The translations under genes and the position numbers were made by a program. Below, in pieces: positions 28,585 through 37,803 of a DNA stretch of 64,000 nucleotides. Source of the DNA: an uncultured beta proteobacterium (GTDB taxonomy: Bacteria > Pseudomonadota > Gammaproteobacteria > Burkholderiales > Burkholderiaceae_C); contig CAILZB010000112.1 in NCBI GenBank assembly GCA_903838565.1, positions 97,098 to 161,097 of the forward strand. The letters are read 5' to 3'. The number at the start of each line of letters is the position of its first letter. Position 1 is the first letter of the stretch. A model generated the notes under the pieces. The model made no database searches, was not told where the DNA came from, and saw nothing but the letters and a program-made list of their open reading frames with translations.

Positions 28585-29889
28585 ATGGCGCACTTGCTGA
28601 TCATCGAACTGCCCGGTGGCAACGACACCGACATCGCTCAAGCCGCGATTTCGCGCGGCGACGACTTCACGTTCCTGTCGGCGCAACTCGGGCATTACCG
28701 GCGCCAGCCTCAGGTGCAGGCCATCCTTGATCAGGCCTATGCGCAGATCGAGGTGCCCGGTTTTGACTACCCGCAGGTGGAGCACGCCGTGCTGGAACTG
28801 CACGCGCACTTTCCCCTGGACGCCGTGCTGTGCCTGCTGGATATCCGCCTGATCGATGCCGCGCGCCTGGCGCAACGCCTGGATCTGCGCCACGTCAGTC
28901 CGTCGACGGCGGTGCTGTTGCGCGACAAGTTCAAGGTGCGTCAGCGTCTGGCCGAGCGCGGTTTGACGCAGCCGGAGTTTGCGCTGGCGCAATCCAATGA
29001 TGAACTCAGGCAGGCCGTGGCGCGCCTGGGCCTGCCCGTGCTGATCAAGCCCTCAGACGGCTATGGCTCGCAAAACGTCGTCCTGCTGCGCCATGACGAA
29101 GACCTCGAGCCCTGGATCACACCACTCGACGACATGCTGCCCAGCCGCACCGACTACGGCCTGGGCGTCAGAGCCAACGACCGACTGCTGGTCGAGCGCT
29201 ACATGGAAGGCGCCGTGATCGGCTGCGACACGCTGAGCGTGAATGGCGAACATCGGATGCTGGGCGTGAACGAAAAACTGTTCTTCAATCCTCCTTCTTT
29301 TGCCATCCAGGGCGGTTGTTTCCAGCCGAACGCACCCGCTTTCGAAAGCATCCAGCGCTATGTCTTTGCGTGTCTGGATGCGGTCGGTTTCGACTGGGGC
29401 GCAACCCACACCGAGCTCATGCTCACCGCCGATGGTCCGCGCCTGATCGAGATCAATCCACGACTGGTGGGGGCCAAGATTGCGCGGCTTGTTGGCTACG
29501 CGCTGAACCATTCGATCCACTCCGACCTGATCACCACGCATTTGGGCAAGCATGCCGCTTTCCACGCCGGGCCTGCTGCGGCTCACGTGGCGGTGACGCG
29601 CTGGATCGTGGCCGAGCAACCGGGTGTGCTGGAGCGCATCGACCTGCCAGACTGGCGCGACGACCGCATCCGCTGTGTGGAAATATTGAAGCAGCCTGGC
29701 GACACGCTGCGGCCGCCGTTCGAGAATGCTGACCGCATCGGCTACGTCATGGTGTGCGCACCCACCCGTGACGAAGCCGAGACGCTGGCGCAGCGTTTTG
29801 TGGCCGCAACACAGGTGGGGCTGAAGCCCGCCGTGGACGATCAAGGCGTTGCCATGCGCTCCCAGAGCATGGCGCGAAAGGCGTCGTAG
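28585..29889 (+). CDS. ATP-grasp domain protein (carboxylate-amine ligase-like)
   Basis: Pre-ATP-grasp plus ATP-grasp fold (LIKPSDGYGSQNV and LIEINPRL motifs). Confidence 0.7.
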   Translation: MAHLLIIELPGGNDTDIAQAAISRGDDFTFLSAQLGHYRRQPQVQAILDQAYAQIEVPGFDYPQVEHAVLELHAHFPLDAVLCLLDIRLIDAARLAQRLDLRHVSPSTAVLLRDKFKVRQRLAERGLTQPEFALAQSNDELRQAVARLGLPVLIKPSDGYGSQNVVLLRHDEDLEPWITPLDDMLPSRTDYGLGVRANDRLLVERYMEGAVIGCDTLSVNGEHRMLGVNEKLFFNPPSFAIQGGCFQPNAPAFESIQRYVFACLDAVGFDWGATHTELMLTADGPRLIEINPRLVGAKIARLVGYALNHSIHSDLITTHLGKHAAFHAGPAAAHVAVTRWIVAEQPGVLERIDLPDWRDDRIRCVEILKQPGDTLRPPFENADRIGYVMVCAPTRDEAETLAQRFVAATQVGLKPAVDDQGVAMRSQSMARKAS

Positions 29890-30977
29890 GCCTTTTGCAT
29901 CACGGCCGGCTTGTAGGGAAAGAGCGCGACATCGTCGGTCGAATGCACCCAGGCGCGGCTGTCCACCTCGAACAGCAGCAGGCGTCCAGCGCTCGTCTGC
30001 GCGCAATCGAGCACCGCGTAATCCAGGCCCAGTCGCCGCGAAATTTCCCGCAAAGACGCACCGTGGCGCAGACCGAAATCCTGCTCGAAATTCACCATCG
30101 CCGCAGCCTCCTCGGTGCGTTTGCTTTCGCTGAGTTCCATGCCCGCCGACAGGTAGTGAACCATCCAGTCCCCGGAAATCGCCAGGTGGCAGATGAAGGG
30201 CTCGCCATCAATCAGCACGATGCGCAGCTTGCGGAAAAGTCCATCGTCGTCCCGGTAGTCCACATAGTCGGCAACGAAATAGTCCGTGCCGGCGTGGCGT
30301 TCGACAAAGGCATCCAAAGCGGCCTGGGTGTCGATCTTCTCCAGGCCGGTTCCGCCTTGGGTATCGACCGGTCGGATCGTCAGCGGGAAGCGCGGGTTGC
30401 GGATCTGCTCGCGCGAGAGTCTTTGCGTTCTGGCCATGACCAGGCCGGGAATGTCGCGCAGCCGTTGGTAGGCGATGTCTCGCGCGCAGTTCCCAATGGC
30501 GCTCGCCGGGTTCAGCACCGGTCGCGGCCAGTCGGCCAGCAGGGTCTGCGCCTGCGCCAGCAGCGGACGGTTCTTGTCGGACTCGCCGATGGCCAGCATC
30601 ACCAGGTCGTGCTCGGGAATCCCCTCTGGCAGCGCCTGGTCGGGCAGCAGGTACAGCAGATCGAGCTGGACATCGCCGTGCTCAATCAGAAACTCCAGCG
30701 GCGTGTTGTCCAGCAGGTCGCCGGGCGCCATCAGCGCCAGCAGGCGAATGGCGGGCTGCTCGGGCCCTTCCAGGCGATACAGACGCCGCAGCTTCAAGGC
30801 ACGCGCCTGCATCTCGAGCGCGAACTCGCGCTGCCCCATGGCCAGCAGCACATAGAACATCTGCATGCACAGGTGCGCCAGGTCCGGGTTCTCGTGGGTC
30901 TGGGTGATGAACGCCGGCAGCGCCTGGGCGGGCATGCGCACCAGCTTGAGAAGACCCGCAATTGGCTGCAAATCCAT
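29841..30977 (-). CDS. hypothetical protein with RimK-like ATP-grasp C-terminal domain and an unknown N-terminal domain
   Basis: C-terminal pattern resembles RimK/GSH-synthetase ATP-binding domain (RIVLIDGEPF, LLLFEVD). 3' end overlaps the convergent ATP-grasp gene by 49 bp. Confidence 0.5.
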   Translation of the reverse strand: MDLQPIAGLLKLVRMPAQALPAFITQTHENPDLAHLCMQMFYVLLAMGQREFALEMQARALKLRRLYRLEGPEQPAIRLLALMAPGDLLDNTPLEFLIEHGDVQLDLLYLLPDQALPEGIPEHDLVMLAIGESDKNRPLLAQAQTLLADWPRPVLNPASAIGNCARDIAYQRLRDIPGLVMARTQRLSREQIRNPRFPLTIRPVDTQGGTGLEKIDTQAALDAFVERHAGTDYFVADYVDYRDDDGLFRKLRIVLIDGEPFICHLAISGDWMVHYLSAGMELSESKRTEEAAAMVNFEQDFGLRHGASLREISRRLGLDYAVLDCAQTSAGRLLLFEVDSRAWVHSTDDVALFPYKPAVMQKAYDAFRAMLWERMATP

Positions 30978-31112
30978 GTCGGGTATCTACTGATAGTTGA
31001 TGGAAATCTGACCACTATAGTCGCACACAGTGTGCACCTTGCATCCGACTCATTCCCGCCGTATTGACGCGACGCGCTGCCCTTGCGGCAGCCCCATCCA
31101 GGAGACCACCCC

Positions 31113-32129
31113 ATGAAGAAACGCCAACTGCTGCAGGCCCTCGCCAGCCTGCCGCTCGCATCCCTGCCCTTTGCACCCGCCTGGGCACAAGGCACGACGC
31201 TGAAAATTTCGCACCAATTCCCCGGTGGCACGCTCACCGAAGGTGATTTTCGCGACCGCCTGGTGCGCCGCTTCGCGGCCGAAGTGGAAAAGCGCAGCAA
31301 GGGCGCGCTGAAGTTCGAGATCTATCCGGGCTCGTCGCTGATGAAGACGAATTCGCAGTTCGCCGCGATGCGCAAGGGCGCGCTGGACCTGGCGCTGATT
31401 CCGCTGTCCTACGCCGGCGGCGAAATTCCCGAGGTCAACATCGGTCTCATGCCTGGCCTGGTGGTGTCGTACGAACAGGCCACCAGCTGGAAGACCAAGC
31501 CCGTGGGCGCGGAGCTCAATCGCCTGCTGCTGGACAAGGGCATCGTGCTCATCAGCTGGATCTGGCAGGCGGGTGGCGTGGCCTCGCGCAGCAAGCCGGT
31601 GGTGGAGCCGGAAGATGCCAAGGGCATGAAGATCCGCGGCGGCTCGCGCGAGATGGACATGATCCTGAAAGAGGCGGGCGCGGCGGTCGTCACCATGCCT
31701 TCGAACGAAATCTATGCGGCGATGCAGACCGGCGCCATGGATGCGGCCATGACCTCGTCCACGTCGTTCATTTCGTTCCGGCTGGAAGAGGTGGCCAAGG
31801 CTTTGACCACGGGGCGCACCGGTGCCTACTGGTTCATGTTCGAGCCCTTGATGATGTCCAAGGCGATCTTCGACAAGCTGCCCAAGGAGCAGCAATCAAC
31901 GATCATGGCGGTGGGCGCCGAGATGGAAAAATTCGCCCTTGAAGCAGCCAAGAAGGACGACGTCGATGTGGCGGCGATCTACCAAAAGGCCGGCGCCAAG
32001 GTGGTGGACTTGTCTCCTGCAACCATCAAGAAGTGGCAGGCGATTGCACGCGCCACGGCCTGGAAAGACTACGGTGCCCGCAATGAAGGCTGCGCCAAAC
32101 TGCTGGCGCTGGCGGAGCAGACCTTGTGA
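31113..32129 (+). CDS. dctP: TRAP transporter substrate-binding protein DctP
   Basis: Signal peptide and DctP-family fold. GGAG Shine-Dalgarno before the ATG at 31113. Confidence 0.85.
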   Translation: MKKRQLLQALASLPLASLPFAPAWAQGTTLKISHQFPGGTLTEGDFRDRLVRRFAAEVEKRSKGALKFEIYPGSSLMKTNSQFAAMRKGALDLALIPLSYAGGEIPEVNIGLMPGLVVSYEQATSWKTKPVGAELNRLLLDKGIVLISWIWQAGGVASRSKPVVEPEDAKGMKIRGGSREMDMILKEAGAAVVTMPSNEIYAAMQTGAMDAAMTSSTSFISFRLEEVAKALTTGRTGAYWFMFEPLMMSKAIFDKLPKEQQSTIMAVGAEMEKFALEAAKKDDVDVAAIYQKAGAKVVDLSPATIKKWQAIARATAWKDYGARNEGCAKLLALAEQTL

Positions 32130-32695
32130 GCCATGGCTTCGAGCTTGAATCGGCCACGGCAACCGGTCCGCTGCACCCCAGGAATGCAACGCTGGCGCTG
32201 CTGACCCGCGGCCTGGACTGGATCAACCGGCAGGTGCTGCGCGCCTCCATGCTGGCGCTGGTGCTGACCGCGGCGGTGCTGACCTATTCCGTGCTGACGC
32301 GCTACTTCCTCAAGATCGGCACCGACTGGCAGGACGAGGCCTCGGTCTTCATGCTGGTGGGCGCCATGTTCATGTGCACGGCCTATGTGCAGTCGCTGCG
32401 CGGCCACATCGGCATCGAGGCCCTGGCCACGCTCTTGCCCGACTCGGTGAACCGGGCGCGGCTGCTGCTGGTGGACATCGTCTCCACGCTGTTCTGCAGC
32501 TTCTTCTCGTGGAAGTCCTGGACCCTGTTTTACGAAGCCTGGTCGCAGGGTCAAACCACGTCCAGCAGCTTTGCGCCGCCGCTGTGGATTCCCTACAGCC
32601 TGATGGCCGTGGGCATGAGCCTGCTGACACTGCAGCTGCTGCTGCAGACCGCCACCAAACTCACCGGTGGCGCAGTGGCAGGAGCGCGCACATGA
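32126..32695 (+). CDS. dctQ: TRAP transporter small permease DctQ
   Basis: 4-TM DctQ; GTG start overlapping the dctP stop. Confidence 0.8.
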   Translation: MSHGFELESATATGPLHPRNATLALLTRGLDWINRQVLRASMLALVLTAAVLTYSVLTRYFLKIGTDWQDEASVFMLVGAMFMCTAYVQSLRGHIGIEALATLLPDSVNRARLLLVDIVSTLFCSFFSWKSWTLFYEAWSQGQTTSSSFAPPLWIPYSLMAVGMSLLTLQLLLQTATKLTGGAVAGART

Positions 32696-34041
32696 GCGAA
32701 CTCGCGGTCGGTCTGAGTTATGGCGCCGCCACGCTGCTGGTGATGTTCACCGGCATGCCGATCGCCTTTGCGCTGGGCACCGTGGCCGTCACCTTCATGT
32801 ACTTCTTCATGCCGGCCTCTTCGCTGGACATGGTGACGCAAAATGTCTACGAGGAGATGGCGTCGATCACCTTGCTGTCGATCCCGCTGTTCATCATGAA
32901 GGGCGCGGCCATCGGCAAGTCGCGCGCCGGTCAGGACCTGTACTCCGCGATCCACGCCTGGCTGCACAAGGTGCCGGGCGGGCTGGGCATCGCCAACGTG
33001 TTTGCCTGCGCGCTGTTTGCGGCGATGGCCGGCTCGTCGCCCGCCACCTGCTCGGCCATCGGCTCGGCCGGTATTCCGGAAATGCGCCGGCGCGGCTACT
33101 CACCCGGCTTTGCCGCCGGCATCATCGCCGCCGGCGGCACACTGGGCATCCTGCTGCCGCCCTCGATCGTGATGATTTTGTACGCGGTGGCGGCCGAGCA
33201 ATCGCTGGGGCGATTGTTCCTGGCCGGCATCGGCCCCGGGCTGCTGCTGGTGGCGCTGTTCTCCGGCTACGCCGTGCTGCGCGCGCGCACAGAGTACCGG
33301 GCCGCGCTGGCGCTGTACGAGCAGGGCGGAGCCAAGTCGGCCTACCTGGAGCGGGAGCATTTCACGCTGGCGCAGAAGGTGGAGATGCTGCCGCGCGTGC
33401 TGCCCTTCGTGCTGCTGCTGATCGGCGTCATGGTGGCGCTGTACGGCGGCTACGCCACGCCCTCCGAGACGGCAGGTCTGGGCGGACTGATGGCGCTGGG
33501 CCTGATCGCCGTCATCTACGGCCTGTGGCGGCCCCGCGACGTGGCGCCGATGCTGGCGTCCACACTGCGCGAATCCACCATGCTGATGCTCATCATCGGC
33601 ATGTCGCTGCTGTACAGCTACGTCATGAGCTCGCTGCACATCAGCCAAGGCGCGGCGCAGTGGATCGTGGACATGCACTTGTCGCGCTGGCTGCTGCTGG
33701 GGGTGATCTTGCTGATGGTGATCGTGCTGGGATTCTTCCTGCCGCCGGTGTCCATCATCCTGATGACCGCACCCATCATCCTGCCGCCGCTCAGAGCGGC
33801 GGGCTTCGACCTGGTGTGGTTTGGCGTGGTGATGACGATCGTGATGGAGATGGGCCTGATCCACCCGCCCGTGGGCCTGAACATCTTCGTCATCAAGAGC
33901 ATCGCCCCCGACATCCCGCTGAGCGAGGTGATCTGGGGCGTGCTGCCCTTCGTGGCGCTGATGTTCCTGGCGGTGTTCCTGATGTGCGTGTTCCCGGGGA
34001 TTGCCGTGGGCCTGCCGAACCTGGTGATGGGAGCGAAGTAG
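32692..34041 (+). CDS. dctM: TRAP transporter large permease DctM
   Basis: 12-TM DctM family. ATG at 32692 with a GGAG Shine-Dalgarno; ATGA overlap with dctQ. Confidence 0.9.
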   Translation: MSELAVGLSYGAATLLVMFTGMPIAFALGTVAVTFMYFFMPASSLDMVTQNVYEEMASITLLSIPLFIMKGAAIGKSRAGQDLYSAIHAWLHKVPGGLGIANVFACALFAAMAGSSPATCSAIGSAGIPEMRRRGYSPGFAAGIIAAGGTLGILLPPSIVMILYAVAAEQSLGRLFLAGIGPGLLLVALFSGYAVLRARTEYRAALALYEQGGAKSAYLEREHFTLAQKVEMLPRVLPFVLLLIGVMVALYGGYATPSETAGLGGLMALGLIAVIYGLWRPRDVAPMLASTLRESTMLMLIIGMSLLYSYVMSSLHISQGAAQWIVDMHLSRWLLLGVILLMVIVLGFFLPPVSIILMTAPIILPPLRAAGFDLVWFGVVMTIVMEMGLIHPPVGLNIFVIKSIAPDIPLSEVIWGVLPFVALMFLAVFLMCVFPGIAVGLPNLVMGAK

Positions 34042-34052
34042 CCAAGGGATTT

Positions 34053-34127
34053 GTCGGGTTACGCCCTGCGGGGCTAACCCGACCTGAAAATGGGCCCGTA
34101 GGTCGGGTTAGCGCAGCGTAACCCGAC
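34053..34127. repeat. REP-like double-hairpin element (GTCGGGTTA-loop-TAACCCGAC twice)
   Basis: Two 9-bp-arm hairpins with loops cgccctgcggggc and gcgcagcg; a near-identical copy lies at 42517-42587. Confidence 0.7.
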
Positions 34128-34199
34128 ACAAAGACCGCACAGTGGTCTAATCGAGTCCATTCGCCACGCCGGCGCGCATCCATCCATCCCCACGACCGC

Positions 34200-34490
34200 A
34201 TGAAAGACCACTACGCCGCCCTTGGGCTGAACAGCGCTGCGACGCTGGCCGACATCAAGAAGGCGTTTCGCCAGCAGGCCTCGCTGCACCACCCCGACCG
34301 CAACGCCGCGGCCGACGCGGCCGCGCGCTTTCGCGCGGTGCAGGAGGCGTACGAGGTGCTGTCGGATGAAGCGAAGCGCCAGGCCTACGATGACAACCGC
34401 CGCCGCAACCTGCTCGACAGCCCGATCGACACGGCGCGCGACCTCTGGCAGAACTATTTCAACCAAGTCATGGCAAGAACCTCGCCGTAA
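34200..34490 (+). CDS. stand-alone J-domain (DnaJ N-terminal domain) protein
   Basis: Only 96 aa; HPD motif (LHHPDRN); helix II/III pattern; no G/F, zinc-finger or C-terminal domain. Confidence 0.8.
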   Translation: MKDHYAALGLNSAATLADIKKAFRQQASLHHPDRNAAADAAARFRAVQEAYEVLSDEAKRQAYDDNRRRNLLDSPIDTARDLWQNYFNQVMARTSP

Positions 34491-34503
34491 AGCACCCGAC
34501 CCT

Positions 34504-35079
34504 ATGAGCATCTCTCCCTTCTTTCTCCAGCTTCGTTCGTCCTACCAGTCCGAAATGGACGACCTGAGCTTTGACTCCGAGGGCCGCGACGTGCTGCGCC
34601 AGCGCCTGACCGAGAAACGCCAGCAGCTTGGGTTTTTGCTGCAGATGATGGAACTCAGCCCGGAGATGGTGGCGGTGATCTTCCACCAGGGATTCCAGTT
34701 CAAGAAGCCTTCGGTGCTGGAGCATCTGCTGGCGCAGGAGCCGGAGGAGTTTCCCGAATGGGAGAGCCTGGCCGACGCCGTGCAATTGACCCCCTGGTCG
34801 CAGGAACTGGCCCAGCAGATCCTGAAGGAGCCCATGGGAGGCTGGTTCATGACCGTGGCCGCGGGTCTGGAGTACATGTATTCCCGACCGAACGCTGCCG
34901 CGACCGTGGTGCACGAGGAAGAGGACGACCAGGACGAAGAGGTCGAGGAAGGCTTGAGCGACGACGACGTGGGACGCAGCGTGCTCGACAGCGACGCCGA
35001 TGCAGCCAGCGGCGCGCGCGAACGCGAAGAGGCCGGCGCCGACTGGATGGCCGAGCAGGGTTTTGACCGCAAAGAATGA
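34504..35079 (+). CDS. hypothetical protein with polyacidic C-terminal tail
   Basis: Strong GC3 codon bias; 13 nt after the J-domain gene; EEEDDQDEEVEEGLSDDD tail; no recognisable domain. Confidence 0.5.
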   Translation: MSISPFFLQLRSSYQSEMDDLSFDSEGRDVLRQRLTEKRQQLGFLLQMMELSPEMVAVIFHQGFQFKKPSVLEHLLAQEPEEFPEWESLADAVQLTPWSQELAQQILKEPMGGWFMTVAAGLEYMYSRPNAAATVVHEEEDDQDEEVEEGLSDDDVGRSVLDSDADAASGAREREEAGADWMAEQGFDRKE

Positions 35080-35843
35080 TGGAACCGGACCGACGCATGA
35101 ACCACCTGGCCCTGATAGAAAAGACCCAAAGCCTGATCGCCGCCGGCGACATCGTGGGCGCCGAGTCGGCGCTGGTGGAACTGGCCGATGCCGAGGGCGA
35201 TCGCGCGCTGATGGTGGTGCTGGACCAGTTGCCGCCCAAGGACATCCTGGCCGTGATCCGCGAGTACGACAGCTCCAAGGATTCGGTCATCAACCTGTTG
35301 ATCACGCCGCAGCAGTTCGCGCGCGCCGTGGTGATCGAGAAGCAGTACAAGGACCTGAGCTGCACGCACCTGCGCGGCATGGTCAACTCCATCGTGTTTC
35401 GCGAAGACGCCAACACGGTGGAGTTCCTCAACGCCATCGGTGACCTCGAAGGCGGCAGCGAGGCGCTGGCCGACTATTTCTCCGAGAAGTGGAGCCGCGT
35501 CGAAGCCTTCGCCCGCACCGGAACCTTCGACCCCATGGAGGACGACGGCAAGATGATGACCGAGTCGGCGCTGCTGGCCTCGGCCTACGCCAGGCCGCGC
35601 GTCGAGCTGGACGAGGTGGCGGACCAGGACTGGATGCAACTGGCCTGGCTGCTGCGCCACGAGTGCCCGGACCTCTTCATCGAAATGCTGATCGTGCTGC
35701 GCGCCAAGGCCCGCGCCCACGACCAGGCGGCCGAGGAGGAAGAGGAGGGCGAGGAGGACGACGGCAAGGTCGAGACCTCGGCCACGGACCGCGGCAAGGC
35801 CACTCCGGCAGCGCGCGAGTCGGACGAAGAATCCGCGATCTGA
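35076..35843 (+). CDS. hypothetical protein with polyacidic C-terminal tail
   Basis: ATGA overlap with the previous gene; AAEEEEEGEEDDG tail; no recognisable domain. Confidence 0.5.
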   Translation: MMEPDRRMNHLALIEKTQSLIAAGDIVGAESALVELADAEGDRALMVVLDQLPPKDILAVIREYDSSKDSVINLLITPQQFARAVVIEKQYKDLSCTHLRGMVNSIVFREDANTVEFLNAIGDLEGGSEALADYFSEKWSRVEAFARTGTFDPMEDDGKMMTESALLASAYARPRVELDEVADQDWMQLAWLLRHECPDLFIEMLIVLRAKARAHDQAAEEEEEGEEDDGKVETSATDRGKATPAARESDEESAI

Positions 35844-35863
35844 GCGCGCAGCCTTTGCAAGAT

Positions 35864-37075
35864 ATGACAGCGCGCGCAGCCACCCGTTCCGGCATCTCCC
35901 TATTCGACGCCCGGCCCTTCTTCGAGAAGGCGCTGCACTACGGCGTGCAGCACGGCATCATCGACCAGGCCAAGCTCGATGCGATCTGCCAGGACGCGCC
36001 CAAGGGCATGGTGCAGATTGCGCGCTACTTTGGCACAGAGTTCTTGCGCCCGGAACTGGAAAAGGCCAAGGACCGCATGGTGAATCTGGTCAGCCTGTAC
36101 CTGGAACACAGCAGCGGCGGCGACTTGAGAATCGCCGCCGAGTCACTGCGCGACCACAGCTTTCTGTCGCGCTCCAAGGGCGGCTCGGACATGCTGAAAC
36201 AACTGATCGCGATGCCGCAGCACAGCCACTTCGGCATGCACGAACGCGCGGCTTTTAGCGACGAGCAGATCCCGCTGCTGGCCAAGTGGTCGCTGCGCAG
36301 CTACGCCGACTACCGGACAGAATTGGCGCAACGCAGCCAGGTGGCGCAGGTGGTGGACGCCGCGCTGTGGCTGGCGCACGCGCTGGGCATGGAGGCGGAG
36401 GAACTGGAAGAAGCCGATGCCGACGCCGAGGCCGTGGTGCGTACGGCGCTGCTTGCTCTTGCGGCCAAGCGCAGCGAGATGCCCGACTGGGTGGCGTTGG
36501 AAAAGCTGCTCGCGGCGCTGCGCAAGAAAGGCACGGCGGTGGAGATTGCTGTGCCGAAGAAACTGCCAGAACATCTGCAAGCGGCGGTGCTGGCCGTGCG
36601 CGAATCGGTGCAGGCGGACCTGGAGAAGCTGCTGGACCCGGCGCAGAACCTGCGCCGGCTGCTGCGCCAGACCCCCGCCTTCATGGGCCGCTACTTCTGG
36701 CGCGAAGACGCACTGAACGAAGTCGACCAGCATGAACGCGCCACCTCCAAGGCCTGGGACAAGGCCACGGGTGGTCACGACGACGAAGGCTCGCTGCTCA
36801 CGCTGCTGTTGTGCCTGGCGGCGGGCAGCACGGCCAAGACGCTGCTCACCGAAAAGGGCGCTGCGGCGCTGATCCGCAAGATCAGAAAATCCGGATTGAA
36901 GCCGGAGCTGGCGCAGCAATTCGTTCTCGAGCAGGCGCCGGTGCAGCACCAGGGGAACTACCTGCGGCTGTGGAAGAGCTTTCTGGAAGAGGCCCTGCCC
37001 ACGCTGCAAAGCGACGCCGACTACGCGCTGCACGACGCGCTGGCGTTGCTGCGGCGCGAGTGCAACGTCGAGTAA
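35864..37075 (+). CDS. hypothetical all-alpha protein (~403 aa)
   Basis: Strong GC3 bias; 20 nt after the previous gene; no recognisable domain. Confidence 0.5.
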   Translation: MTARAATRSGISLFDARPFFEKALHYGVQHGIIDQAKLDAICQDAPKGMVQIARYFGTEFLRPELEKAKDRMVNLVSLYLEHSSGGDLRIAAESLRDHSFLSRSKGGSDMLKQLIAMPQHSHFGMHERAAFSDEQIPLLAKWSLRSYADYRTELAQRSQVAQVVDAALWLAHALGMEAEELEEADADAEAVVRTALLALAAKRSEMPDWVALEKLLAALRKKGTAVEIAVPKKLPEHLQAAVLAVRESVQADLEKLLDPAQNLRRLLRQTPAFMGRYFWREDALNEVDQHERATSKAWDKATGGHDDEGSLLTLLLCLAAGSTAKTLLTEKGAAALIRKIRKSGLKPELAQQFVLEQAPVQHQGNYLRLWKSFLEEALPTLQSDADYALHDALALLRRECNVE

Positions 37076-37145
37076 AGGCATAGGGGCGCCGCCTTCTGTT
37101 CAGCCCAGACCCATCACCTGTTTGCCGGTTTTTTCGGGAGCGATC

Positions 37146-37559
37146 ATGGCCACCAAAGAAGAAGTCACAGCGTTCATTGCGGCCGAGTTTCCGCAGACCC
37201 AATGCAGGATCCAGCAGGTCGGCCAGCGTGGTGCCACGGTGACGCACGAGGTCGGCCCCGCTGAACTGCGCCCGGGAGGAACGGTCTCCGGCCCCGTGCT
37301 CATGGCGGTGGCCGATGTCGCGCTTTACGTTGCCATCCTCGGCGAAATCGGCATCGTTCCGCTGACGGTGACCACGAGTCTGACCATCAATTTCCTGCGC
37401 AAACCGGCCGCGGACAAGCGCATCGTGGCGGTCTGCAAGCTGATGAAGGTGGGTCGCTCGCTGGCGGTGGGCGAGGTGTCGCTGTATTCGGAAGGCTCAG
37501 ACGAACCGGTGGCGCACGTGGTCGGAACCTACTCCATTCCGGCGCGCCGCGAACCCTGA
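37146..37559 (+). CDS. PaaI/YbgC-type hotdog-fold thioesterase
   Basis: 138 aa; hotdog 4HBT pattern (GTVSGPVLMAVADVALYVA). GGGAG Shine-Dalgarno before the ATG at 37146. Confidence 0.7.
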   Translation: MATKEEVTAFIAAEFPQTQCRIQQVGQRGATVTHEVGPAELRPGGTVSGPVLMAVADVALYVAILGEIGIVPLTVTTSLTINFLRKPAADKRIVAVCKLMKVGRSLAVGEVSLYSEGSDEPVAHVVGTYSIPARREP

Positions 37560-37562
37560 CCC

Positions 37563-37582
37563 GGCGGCTGCGCGCAGCCGCC
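37563..37582. terminator. perfect 20-bp GC palindrome GGCGGCTGCGCGCAGCCGCC downstream of the thioesterase gene
   Basis: Exact dyad 4 nt after the stop; no U tract. Confidence 0.3.
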
Positions 37583-37803
37583 AGACAGCGCAAGCGGTGC
37601 TGCGCAAGGCAGGCCCGCGTTTTGATACGATACTGACAATCCAGTCGGTGAAATCGTCAACGACGACGCGCCATTCCAGAGCGTTGCCGGGTTTTCGAGC
37701 TATCCAAAGACTGTGTGATTGAGCCGGGACCTCGGGTGCGCACGTGACCCTTGGCAAGCCGGCTGTGGAGTTCGAAGACCATCTTGATCAAGGAAGCATC
37801 TGT

